This document shows, one piece after another, positions 22,651-29,799 of a DNA stretch of 39,431 nt (the first letter of the stretch is position 1; each line of letters begins with the position of its first letter). Below the pieces are notes generated by a model. It made no database searches. It was not told the origin of the DNA and saw only the letters and a list, made by a program, of their open reading frames with translations. The position numbers and the translations under genes are program-made. The stretch is from a virus. The stretch is taken from IMG/VR virus record IMGVR_UViG_3300017978_000163, positions 1 through 39,431 of that record; one strand, given 5' to 3'.

Positions 22651-25145
22651 CAGTCCCACAAACAGTGCAATCCCACCCAGCGTCCGTGGACGCCTACATC
22701 CGTCATGGTTGGAGCCTTGTGCCCATACCAGCCAACACCAAGGGGCCACGCACACCCGGGTGGAACCTGCGCGAGAATGCCCTGAAGTCTCAGGGTGATC
22801 TACCACCGGGCTACGGCATCGGTTTGGCCCATGCGTACAGCGGCACGATGGCGTTGGACATCGACAACTGGACCATGACCACCTCGCTCTTGGCAGAGCA
22901 CGGCATCGATCTGCAAGCCCTGTACAACGCACCTGATGCGGTGGTGATCAACTCAGGCAAGCCCGGGCACGGCAAGCTGCTGTACGCGATGCCCTTCGGT
23001 GCGGCGCTGCCGTCAAAGAAGATTCTGCACAGCGGCGTGACGGCCTACGAGTTGCGCTGCGCCACGGTCAGTGGCCTCACTGTGCAGGACGTGCTGCCCC
23101 CAAGCATCCACCCCGAGACACGCCAGCCCTACCAGTGGGGCGGCTTGGGTCACTGGACCCGCATGCCCGTCATCCCACAGCCCCTACTCGACTTGTGGAA
23201 TGGGATGCTGGTGCAGGATCAGCAGCGCACCATCGCCACGGACGGCACGATTGACGCATCATGGGAAGAGATTCGCCAAGCCCTTGATGTTGTCCCTGCA
23301 CACTGTTCACGCGACGAGTGGGTCAGCATCGGCATGGCCCTGCACTGGGCGGGTACCCAGACCGATCAGCTTGATCAGGCGTTGCAGATGTGGAACGAGT
23401 GGAGCGCCATGTCTCAGACCAAGTACCCCGGTGAGCGCGAGATACTGACGCAGTGGATGAGTTTCAAGCCCGACAAGGCGTCAGCGGTCAAGCTGGGCAC
23501 CCTGTTCCACATTGCCAAGCAGCACGGCTGGCACAGACCCATGCCCGATGCGTCCGAGTTGTTCAGCAAAATTGAGATACCCGTCATGGCTCCGCTTGAT
23601 GTGCTCGACGGGCTGCGGCCAAAGCCCCCCGAGATGGATCTGAATCTGTGGCCCAATGTCCTGCGTCAACGCTCACAAGAGATTTCAGAAAGCGTGGGCT
23701 GCGACCCTTTGGTCCCTTTGTTCGCTGGGTTGGCCGCTGTCTGCGGGGTGGTTGACGCCCGCATCAGGCTCGAACTCATGCCCGGGTTTAAGGTGCCACC
23801 AGTGCTGTGGCTCATGACCTTGGGTGACCCAGCGGACAAAAAGTCACCCGGCTCACGCCCCATGCTGTCACCGCTCAAAAACATTGAAGCCGAGGATCGC
23901 CCGGGCTACACCAAGAACCTACTCGATTGGGAGGGTAAAGAGGCCGCATACGCCAGCGCCAAGAAGTCGTTCCTTGAGTGGTCGGCCAGTCCCGAGATGC
24001 TGCTCGGTGGTGATCAGGCACCGCATGTGCCCGAGATGCCACCGCAGCCGGTGCCCTTGAAGATCACGGTCAGTGACATCACGAGCCAGAAGCTGGTGCG
24101 CCAAGCGGCAGACCGTCCCCGTGGCCTGTTGTGCCACCTTGACGAGATGAACAGTTGGGTGCGCAAGCTGACCGACAAGGCCAGCGGTGAAGATCGTTCG
24201 GCTTGGGTTGTCAGTTACGAATCAGAACACTATGAGATGGACCGTGTGGGCGCTGGGTCGATCTACTGCGAGAACTTGGCTGTGTCGATCTACGGCAACA
24301 TCCAGCCGCAGGTGTTCAAGGCCAATCTGGCCGCACTGTCTGCCGATGGTCTGCTTCAGCGGTTCATCCCCGCCATTCTGCGCGGGAACAAGACCAAGCT
24401 GGGCCAGCCGGTACCCGAGTACATGACCAGTTCGGGGGCTTGGGAGAACACCCTGCGCCTGACCTACGCGCTACCCGCTCAGACTTACCAGTTGGCACCC
24501 GAGGCGTACACGGTCTTCCGTGAGTTCCAAGCGTGGTACGAAGAGGCCAAGCAGGACGAGCGGGTGCTTGACAGTGGCACCGAGTACATGACAGCGTTTG
24601 GCAAGCTCGAAGGTCTTGCTGGCCGGTTGATCCTGATGTTCCACCTGATCGAGTCGCCATTCAGTCCGGTGGTGAGTGCCGATCTGGTGCACCGGGTGGT
24701 GGCCTTGGTGCGCGGGTATGTGATCCCAGCGTATCGCTACGCACTGGGCGAGGTGGGTGGTGTGATCACGAACGACTTCGATCAGTGGATGATCGACTAC
24801 ATCATTCAAATCAGCGGCGACACACAGATGGTGGACCTCAGAAGCCTCAAGCGGTCGGCTCGGCGTCCACTGGAGGGTAAGACCGACTGGCAGAAGGATC
24901 AGGCGGTCATGGACGCCATGCTGGTGGTGGAACAGGCCGGGTGGGCTGTGCAGGTGGAGAGCGAACTGCACAAGAAGCGCGTCACATGGGCACTGAACCC
25001 GGGTCTGCCCGAGATGTTCAAAGAGTACCGTCAGAAGGTGATCAAGGCCAAGCAGCGCCACGCCGACTACATCTACCGCTACGCCTACGACAAGGGCTAC
25101 GACCGCAAGCTGGTCAAGGGGTACACCCCAGACCTCGACAAATGA
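22647..25145 (+). CDS. Primase-polymerase / helicase (AEP PrimPol + PriCT-2-like + DUF3987-like)
   Basis: It has the AEP motifs GTMALDIDNW and VLPPSIHPETRQPYQWGG, a PriCT-2-like segment (CSRDEWVSIGMALHWAG...MWNEWS) and a long C-terminal DUF3987-type region. Confidence 0.8.
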   Translation: MTVPQTVQSHPASVDAYIRHGWSLVPIPANTKGPRTPGWNLRENALKSQGDLPPGYGIGLAHAYSGTMALDIDNWTMTTSLLAEHGIDLQALYNAPDAVVINSGKPGHGKLLYAMPFGAALPSKKILHSGVTAYELRCATVSGLTVQDVLPPSIHPETRQPYQWGGLGHWTRMPVIPQPLLDLWNGMLVQDQQRTIATDGTIDASWEEIRQALDVVPAHCSRDEWVSIGMALHWAGTQTDQLDQALQMWNEWSAMSQTKYPGEREILTQWMSFKPDKASAVKLGTLFHIAKQHGWHRPMPDASELFSKIEIPVMAPLDVLDGLRPKPPEMDLNLWPNVLRQRSQEISESVGCDPLVPLFAGLAAVCGVVDARIRLELMPGFKVPPVLWLMTLGDPADKKSPGSRPMLSPLKNIEAEDRPGYTKNLLDWEGKEAAYASAKKSFLEWSASPEMLLGGDQAPHVPEMPPQPVPLKITVSDITSQKLVRQAADRPRGLLCHLDEMNSWVRKLTDKASGEDRSAWVVSYESEHYEMDRVGAGSIYCENLAVSIYGNIQPQVFKANLAALSADGLLQRFIPAILRGNKTKLGQPVPEYMTSSGAWENTLRLTYALPAQTYQLAPEAYTVFREFQAWYEEAKQDERVLDSGTEYMTAFGKLEGLAGRLILMFHLIESPFSPVVSADLVHRVVALVRGYVIPAYRYALGEVGGVITNDFDQWMIDYIIQISGDTQMVDLRSLKRSARRPLEGKTDWQKDQAVMDAMLVVEQAGWAVQVESELHKKRVTWALNPGLPEMFKEYRQKVIKAKQRHADYIYRYAYDKGYDRKLVKGYTPDLDK

Positions 25146-25146
25146 G

Positions 25147-25176
25147 AAAAGCCCGGGTGACCGGGCTTTTTGTTTA
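25147..25176. terminator. Bidirectional rho-independent terminator between convergent units
   Basis: The sequence is GAAAAGCCCGG-GTGA-CCGGGCTTTTTGTTT. The T-run downstream and A-run upstream allow termination in both directions. Confidence 0.8.
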
Positions 25177-25290
25177 GAAGGGTGCGGGTGGCAGCTTCTC
25201 ACGCTGCTGCCGCTCATAGTCCCTGATCTGCTTGGCGGTCCAAGGTATCGGGCCACCGGGGGGAGGGAAGGGCCACACGGGTGCGCTCAT
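25174..25290 (-). CDS. Possible tiny Pro-rich protein (38 aa)
   Basis: Its start forms an ATGA overlap with the upstream tiny ORF. It is below the ORF-track cut-off. Confidence 0.3.
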   Translation of the reverse strand: MSAPVWPFPPPGGPIPWTAKQIRDYERQQREKLPPAPF

Positions 25291-25385
25291 GCCATGATCC
25301 AAAAAGCCACCAATTGACCGAAGCCCACGGCGCTAGTGACATAGATGATGTACAGGCAAATTTCTTGCAGTCGATCCCAGTTCAT
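25287..25385 (-). CDS. Possible tiny membrane protein (32 aa)
   Basis: The sequence is MNWDRLQEICLYIIYVTSAVGFGQLVAFWIMA. It has ATGA overlaps at both ends. Confidence 0.35.
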   Translation of the reverse strand: MNWDRLQEICLYIIYVTSAVGFGQLVAFWIMA

Positions 25386-25477
25386 CGCTTCTCTCCCCAC
25401 AGCATCCAGCCCACGATCAGGCCAAACGCCGCGCCAAAGGCCAGCGACAGAAGTATTTGCAGTGCTTCAGTGGTCAT
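25382..25477 (-). CDS. Possible tiny membrane protein (31 aa)
   Basis: The sequence is MTTEALQILLSLAFGAAFGLIVGWMLWGEKR. It has a strong AAGGAGAAG SD 4 nt upstream. Confidence 0.4.
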   Translation of the reverse strand: MTTEALQILLSLAFGAAFGLIVGWMLWGEKR

Positions 25478-25709
25478 GGTTCTTCTCCTTGCACTCGTCG
25501 CAGTCGTGGTTTACACAGCCGATCTTTGGCCAGTCGTTGTAGCTCAAGCCAATCGTGACGGCATCCTCGGCCATCTTGTGCAGGGCGTCTTGGCTGATGA
25601 TGGATTGCAGGGCGGCTTCTGCGGCGATCCATTCATCAACACCGACATCTCCTTGGTTGCGCATCACCTCCACCGCCTGTTTCACTGCGGCCAGTTGTTG
25701 TTCGTTCAT
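25467..25709 (-). CDS. Hypothetical protein (80 aa, C-terminal CxxxxCxxC/His-rich end)
   Basis: AAGGAGAA SD. It ends in GCVNHDCDECKEKNHDH. Confidence 0.6.
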   Translation of the reverse strand: MNEQQLAAVKQAVEVMRNQGDVGVDEWIAAEAALQSIISQDALHKMAEDAVTIGLSYNDWPKIGCVNHDCDECKEKNHDH

Positions 25710-25897
25710 TTGGTTTCTCCTTGGCTAAGCTCGTCAAAATCGAACCACTCGTGTATTTCATTGAGCACTTCACGCACAATGGATTCGTTGATGTCCGCTT
25801 TGCTTGGTGCATCGTTGTGTTTGTATGCCCTTGTATGTCCAAGCACCACTCCGTTAGTGACGCACTCTTCAAGTAACCGAATAAATTTTGGTGTCAT
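25706..25897 (-). CDS. Hypothetical protein (63 aa)
   Basis: AGGAGAA SD and ATGA coupling. Confidence 0.6.
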   Translation of the reverse strand: MTPKFIRLLEECVTNGVVLGHTRAYKHNDAPSKADINESIVREVLNEIHEWFDFDELSQGETK

Positions 25898-26232
25898 TTG
25901 GTTTCTCCTGTTGCCTTGGCTAGGGCGGCACGGGCTTTGCTCACTGCCATGTCGTGCGCTTCTTCAGAGTAGTCGCCGATACTGACAGTTTCAGTTTCAT
26001 AAACCAACTCTTTCAGAGCATCCACCAACTCCGCATTGACGCGCAACAAACACTCGTAGTGCGCTGGCCCCCATGTGTGGCACCCGGAGCCGTGTGTGCC
26101 GATGCGAGTAGAGCGGTTCTGTTCCCACGTCAGGGCTTTGTTCAGGCGCTCGACCTCGGCTTGCAGGTCACACACATCGCACTTGCCTTTGAGTCGGCCA
26201 TGCTCACAGTCTCTTGTTGGGTCGTGGGTCAT
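25894..26232 (-). CDS. Hypothetical Cys-containing coiled-coil protein (112 aa)
   Basis: An internal ATG is chosen because of its ATGA overlap with the upstream gene. It contains CEHGRLKGKCDVCDL and GCHTWGPAHYEC. Confidence 0.55.
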   Translation of the reverse strand: MTHDPTRDCEHGRLKGKCDVCDLQAEVERLNKALTWEQNRSTRIGTHGSGCHTWGPAHYECLLRVNAELVDALKELVYETETVSIGDYSEEAHDMAVSKARAALAKATGETK

Positions 26233-26432
26233 CGCACCACCCCCACTACAACAGCCAGCACACCGCCACCGATGGCACCAAGGGCGACGCCAAGATAAAA
26301 CGCTGCCCAATACTTGAGTGTCTTGCGCCATGCGCTTGGACCCCATGCCACTGCGGCGTGGTACCGCTGGCCCACCTTGGCGGGGCTGATGTTGAAATGC
26401 TCTTGCTCGAATTGTTCTCTTGAGGTCATCAT
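26229..26432 (-). CDS. Small C-tail-anchored membrane protein (67 aa)
   Basis: Its start forms an ATGA overlap with the upstream gene. The TM segment is YWAAFYLGVALGAIGGGVLAVVVGVV. Confidence 0.55.
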   Translation of the reverse strand: MMTSREQFEQEHFNISPAKVGQRYHAAVAWGPSAWRKTLKYWAAFYLGVALGAIGGGVLAVVVGVVR

Positions 26433-26641
26433 GCTTCCCTCGCTTTCAACATGGCGTCGGCCATTTGGTAGGAGTCCAGTGCAACGCCCATGCGCCAATC
26501 CTCATCAGGAAAGCAGTCGCATTGATAAAGAACAACTTGCATCGCCTTGGCCGCGAAGTAATCGCGCAGGGTCATGCCTTGTTTGGTCGTGTGTTCTCTC
26601 GGGCTTGGAAACGCTGGCCCACCTGTGTTTGTATTACTCAT
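26429..26641 (-). CDS. Hypothetical protein (70 aa) with the common phage motif GGPAFP...GMTLRDYFAAKAM
   Basis: AAGGAG SD 6 nt upstream of ATG 26641. Confidence 0.6.
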   Translation of the reverse strand: MSNTNTGGPAFPSPREHTTKQGMTLRDYFAAKAMQVVLYQCDCFPDEDWRMGVALDSYQMADAMLKAREA

Positions 26642-26957
26642 GCCAAGCTCCTTCAAAACAATGACGGGCTTCGTGCCCGAGGATGGCAAGACTGGTCTGC
26701 TTGCCGGTGTAGATGTCGCACATCCGAATGTTTCCAGAGGTAGTGACGACTGCGCACGCCTTGATGTTGGCGTCGTACCCGGTCAGTGCCTTGGCAAACG
26801 CTGACGCCATGTTGCACGTCTGCGCCACGTCAGATACCACCAGCCAGTTGATGCGCACCTCGGGATACTTCTCCTTGGCATCAAACCAAAGGTCGTGGTT
26901 GCCGCTTGCATGTGCGGTACCGCACAGAAGGGCCAGTGTTGCGATGATGTGTTTCAT
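26634..26957 (-). CDS. Secreted small protein (107 aa) with a C-terminal HExxH-type motif
   Basis: The signal peptide is MKHIIATLALLCGTAHA|SG (AxA cleavage site). The mature part has 4 Cys. The C-terminus is GHEARHCFEGAWHE. Confidence 0.55.
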   Translation of the reverse strand: MKHIIATLALLCGTAHASGNHDLWFDAKEKYPEVRINWLVVSDVAQTCNMASAFAKALTGYDANIKACAVVTTSGNIRMCDIYTGKQTSLAILGHEARHCFEGAWHE

Positions 26958-27157
26958 ATGTCGCACCTCTTGCAAAATTGTTTGAGTTCCTGTTCGTGCC
27001 GCTTCTCGCCGCCGAACCACCATTTGTGGCACTGCTCTGCCGTTGTGCCAAGCGCCATCTCTGCGTCCTCATAGGCTTGGTTGTATGTGTTCTCCACAAT
27101 GATGACGTGCAGCACACCAGCCAATGCCACGGTTGCCAGAATCCAGAGTTTGTTCAT
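26954..27157 (-). CDS. Small protein with an N-terminal signal/anchor (67 aa)
   Basis: It starts MNKLWILATVALAGVLHVIIV. Its stop overlaps the downstream gene's start (ATGA). Confidence 0.55.
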   Translation of the reverse strand: MNKLWILATVALAGVLHVIIVENTYNQAYEDAEMALGTTAEQCHKWWFGGEKRHEQELKQFCKRCDI

Positions 27158-27158
27158 G

Positions 27159-27464
27159 TCAATCTCCTTTGGCTTGAAACTCGGCGATCAGTTGGTCGAG
27201 CCAAGCATGACGCCACTTCTGTCTGGCAGCGGGGCCAGCGGCTTCTACTGATTTTGGGCCAACCTTTTTTACCAACCATTCATACGCAGTCCCGTGCGGC
27301 CAAAGCCTATCGCTGATAACTTGCTTTGCTTTGTATCGCTGTAGCTCGGATGAACCTCCGCGCACTTTGTCTATGCTGGTGCAGATGTAGGTTACGCCTC
27401 CACCAGTTCGCCCCCCATCCCACAGGTGCTTCTTCGCTTCGATGAATATCTTTGAGGTCTTCAT
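27159..27464 (-). CDS. Hypothetical protein (101 aa)
   Basis: The ORF packs tightly against its neighbours, and its ATG overlaps the stop of the upstream gene (27461..27646) as ATGA. Confidence 0.55.
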   Translation of the reverse strand: MKTSKIFIEAKKHLWDGGRTGGGVTYICTSIDKVRGGSSELQRYKAKQVISDRLWPHGTAYEWLVKKVGPKSVEAAGPAARQKWRHAWLDQLIAEFQAKGD

Positions 27465-27646
27465 GCCACCACCCTCACGATGATGATGCAGGTGCAGACG
27501 ATTGCCACAGCACTGCTGATGTCAGCCCACCACTTCAAGAGCGATGGTTCTTGGGGCCACTCGATGGGGCCGTAGTTCTCGCCGAACGCTTCCTCAATGG
27601 TGCGTGGGTAGCGGTAGGTGATGGGATCGTGTCGTTTGTATTTCAT
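27461..27646 (-). CDS. Small C-tail-anchored membrane protein (61 aa)
   Basis: The TM segment is WWADISSAVAIVCTCIIIVRVV. Confidence 0.5.
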   Translation of the reverse strand: MKYKRHDPITYRYPRTIEEAFGENYGPIEWPQEPSLLKWWADISSAVAIVCTCIIIVRVVA

Positions 27647-27670
27647 GATGAGTGATTGACCTTTTCAAAC

Positions 27671-28063
27671 TCAATTTTTGGACATGACCGATTGATCATT
27701 TGAAACCTGATTTTTCGACATGACCGATTGATCATTTGAAACCTGATTTTTCGACATGACCGATTTTTGGCGTCGACCGATTGACCCGGTGGAACTCAAT
27801 TTTTCGACATGACCGATTTGTGGGGTCAGCACCCCGAACAGACTCGGGGCCATCGCTTCGACGATGCCCAGCACTTCAAGCAAGCGAACAGTGGCCGCAC
27901 CGGGTCCACGTTCTCCCGTGGTCCACTTTTTGAGGGTGTACACGGGTACACCTAATAGGGCCGCTGCACTTTGTTCGCTCAGTTTGTGCCGGTCTATCAG
28001 GGCCAATAAATCAGCCGTAAATTGTGGGTTTTGGGGGGTTTTGGGGGGCTTTTTGTCAGTCAT
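27671..28063 (-). CDS. XRE-type helix-turn-helix DNA-binding protein whose C-terminal tail is encoded by the iteron-like repeats
   Basis: The HTH is LSEQSAAALLGVPVYTLKKWTTGERGPGAATVRLLEVL. The tail SVMSKNQVSNDQ x2 is the translation of the DNA repeats. Confidence 0.65.
   Translation of the reverse strand: MTDKKPPKTPQNPQFTADLLALIDRHKLSEQSAAALLGVPVYTLKKWTTGERGPGAATVRLLEVLGIVEAMAPSLFGVLTPQIGHVEKLSSTGSIGRRQKSVMSKNQVSNDQSVMSKNQVSNDQSVMSKN
27674..27817. repeat. Four direct copies of a 19-bp element, ATTTTT(C/G)GACATGACCGAT (iteron-like); the first two are part of a 36-bp tandem
   Basis: Copies start at 27674, 27710, 27746 and 27799. A degenerate half-copy, TCGACCGATTGA, lies at 27773. The local sequence is visibly AT-rich. 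Confidence 0.9.
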
Positions 28064-28086
28064 AAGGGGTTACCTTGGTAAGGGTC

Positions 28087-28115
28087 AAAAATGCCCCTAG
28101 GCTTGAGCCTAGGGG
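28087..28115 (-). terminator. Leftward intrinsic terminator upstream of the HTH gene
   Basis: CCCCTAGGC-TTGA-GCCTAGGGG is a perfect 9-bp stem. On the minus strand it is followed by CATTTTT. Confidence 0.55.
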
Positions 28116-28181
28116 GTGTGGGTCATAGGTCTAAAAATTTCTCAATTAGTGGCAGCACGATGGCCGCACCGATGGCGACGA

Positions 28182-28379
28182 TCAAAGCCGTAAGCACTGG
28201 GGGCACCTTCTCGCGTCGTTTAATTGATCTTTTAAGATTTCGTTTTCCTCTCTCAGTTCTTCATTTTCAGCCGTCGCCCGCCCCAGTGCCGCGCATAGGT
28301 CGTCGATCCGGGCCAATAGGTTTGCTTTTTGGGTGTCGCCCGCCATGTATGCGGTGCGCTCGAGTTCATCGGTTTGCAT
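28182..28379 (-). CDS. Small coiled-coil protein (65 aa)
   Basis: AAAGGA SD. It contains a heptad-like stretch, AENEELREENEILKDQLN. Confidence 0.5.
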   Translation of the reverse strand: MQTDELERTAYMAGDTQKANLLARIDDLCAALGRATAENEELREENEILKDQLNDARRCPQCLRL

Positions 28380-28382
28380 AAT

Positions 28383-28682
28383 TTATCCTTTCATGTTGGG
28401 GTCAATTCCAAACCCGTGACGGGTTCTGTACATGCGCTCAGAATCACGATACACGCGCACCAAACCCGATGGGCCGGGGGGTAATAGTTCATAAAAACGC
28501 ACGATGTCGGCCAACCTTTGCGCGTCGGCGTCACTGGGGTTTCTCAGCCGACGGTAATAGTCCGTCGACGCTTCATTGTGGCCGTCGCGTAGGGTCCAAC
28601 AAACCATAAACCCGGACCGGGCGCGTTCTTCAGGAAAGAACAGAATTAATCCGTCGCGCTCAATTTTGGCGATGTATTTCAT
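28383..28682 (-). CDS. Hypothetical protein (99 aa)
   Basis: GAAAGG SD encoded by the upstream Lys-Gly codons. The protein itself ends ..NMKG. Confidence 0.6.
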   Translation of the reverse strand: MKYIAKIERDGLILFFPEERARSGFMVCWTLRDGHNEASTDYYRRLRNPSDADAQRLADIVRFYELLPPGPSGLVRVYRDSERMYRTRHGFGIDPNMKG

Positions 28683-28686
28683 GGGG

Positions 28687-28899
28687 TCAACCTTTCACGA
28701 TCAATCGAAAATTGTCTTTTTCCACTTTTTGTAAGTGGACCGTTTTTTTACCGCAGCATTTCACCCAGTACCGGGCAGCGTCACGGGTGAAAAAATGCCG
28801 GGTAACTATGTTGCCCAAATTGCCACGGATTGACACGGTCCAAAAGTAGGACCGGGCAAGCCCGCGCTGTAGCCGTTTTTCTAACTGTTCTCGCGTCAT
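28687..28899 (-). CDS. Hypothetical protein (70 aa)
   Basis: GAAAGGG SD. It ends ..IVKG. Confidence 0.6.
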   Translation of the reverse strand: MTREQLEKRLQRGLARSYFWTVSIRGNLGNIVTRHFFTRDAARYWVKCCGKKTVHLQKVEKDNFRLIVKG

Positions 28900-28902
28900 T
28901 GC

Positions 28903-29580
28903 TTACCCTTTCACGATTGGAATGACGCGCCGGGCTTTGGCGTCGGCGATACGTGCGCGGGTACCGTGGGCGCGAAAACCGATGATCACGCGACGGTCAG
29001 CGCGGGCGCATAACCCGCACGTTTCGCACGTCACGTCGTCGCGGGTTTGCGCCGGACATACGATAATTGTCCGGCCCGCTGGGGTTTCGCTTTTTTCGGG
29101 TGTGTCGCTGGGGACAATGGCGCAAACCGGCAAACCGGTTTTGGCCAGTGCGTCGGCTTCGCCCGCATCGTCGGCGCTTAGATTGACGGTAAACCCCCAG
29201 CGCGTCGCATGCGCGGCCCAATCGATAGCGTCGGCGCTTTTTTTGTGGGTGTATGTAAACCCGCGTCGGCCAATATTCGCCCGCACAATTTCACCCAGCG
29301 CGACGGGGTCCACGTTTTCCCCGTCGCCGGGTAAATCGCCCGCCACGTTATGGCGCCACAATTGACCGTCGGGCAATGCAGCGATTGACGCACAAAGCGC
29401 GGCCACGTCGCCCCCACGTTCGGGCACTTTGTCCCACGCCATGCGGGTGTAAAAGTCTTCAGCGTAACAATCGGCGCGATAGTGTGCGCACGATGGGGGG
29501 CACGATGCCCGCTCAGTGTATGTAACGGGGATTGCGCCGGTTTTGCTGTTCGCACTGGTGCGGATGAAGTGATATTTCAT
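28903..29580 (-). CDS. Cys-rich protein, GP88-family-like (225 aa)
   Basis: The ORF-track start at 29586 is TTG, so ATG 29580 is preferred. It contains SANSKTGAIPVTYTERASCPPSCAHYRADCYA and VCPAQTRDDVTCETCGLCA, the pattern I recall for Pfam GP88. Confidence 0.45.
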   Translation of the reverse strand: MKYHFIRTSANSKTGAIPVTYTERASCPPSCAHYRADCYAEDFYTRMAWDKVPERGGDVAALCASIAALPDGQLWRHNVAGDLPGDGENVDPVALGEIVRANIGRRGFTYTHKKSADAIDWAAHATRWGFTVNLSADDAGEADALAKTGLPVCAIVPSDTPEKSETPAGRTIIVCPAQTRDDVTCETCGLCARADRRVIIGFRAHGTRARIADAKARRVIPIVKG

Positions 29581-29582
29581 GA

Positions 29583-29798
29583 TCAAGCCCCCATTTTGAA
29601 AAGCGCGGCCAGATCATGCCCGCCATTTTTACCAATCCAACCGTGGCCGGTTAGCCCCCATTGTGTTTTTTCAATGGTTATCTGGTTTTCACCCCAAACC
29701 AATTGGATAAAGTCGGCCCCATTATTTAAGGCTTTGCGAATAGCGGCCACTAGTGTGGGCTTGCTGGGTTTGCGTTCGTATGTCATAAGTGAATACAT
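29583..29798 (-). CDS. Hypothetical protein (71 aa)
   Basis: It is preceded by the conserved junction AAAGGGGCATAAcATG. Confidence 0.6.
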   Translation of the reverse strand: MYSLMTYERKPSKPTLVAAIRKALNNGADFIQLVWGENQITIEKTQWGLTGHGWIGKNGGHDLAALFKMGA

Positions 29799-29799
29799 G

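Noticed and set aside
22477-22932. A 151-aa minus-strand ORF spanning the divergent region and the primase 5' end, which the leftward terminator at 22562..22591 might have served.
   Set aside because: It has an Arg/Cys/Trp-rich shadow composition and overlaps the motif-rich N-terminus of the PrimPol gene. The terminator lies inside it rather than after it.
27674-27817. Regularly spaced direct repeats that could be a mini CRISPR array.
   Set aside because: The repeats are only 19 bp. The first two 'spacers' are identical 17-mers, so this is a 36-bp tandem. There is no leader or cas gene, and the array lies inside a coding region.
27671-28063. The HTH protein as a CI-like repressor, which would indicate a temperate lifestyle.
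   Set aside because: There is no integrase, excisionase, attP-like feature or divergent cro-type partner. The genome carries a full lytic replication module, so the HTH protein alone is not evidence for lysogeny.
28123-28197. A hydrophobic reading frame (..PPVLTALIVAIGAAIVLPLIEKFLDL) overlaps the end of 28182..28379. This suggests either a tiny TM ORF with a GTG start or a frameshifted membrane-anchored C-terminus.
   Set aside because: There are only non-ATG starts with poor spacing to GAGAAGG, and I could not identify a slippery sequence. The length is about 25 codons. It is worth a ribosome-profiling look, but the sequence alone does not support it.
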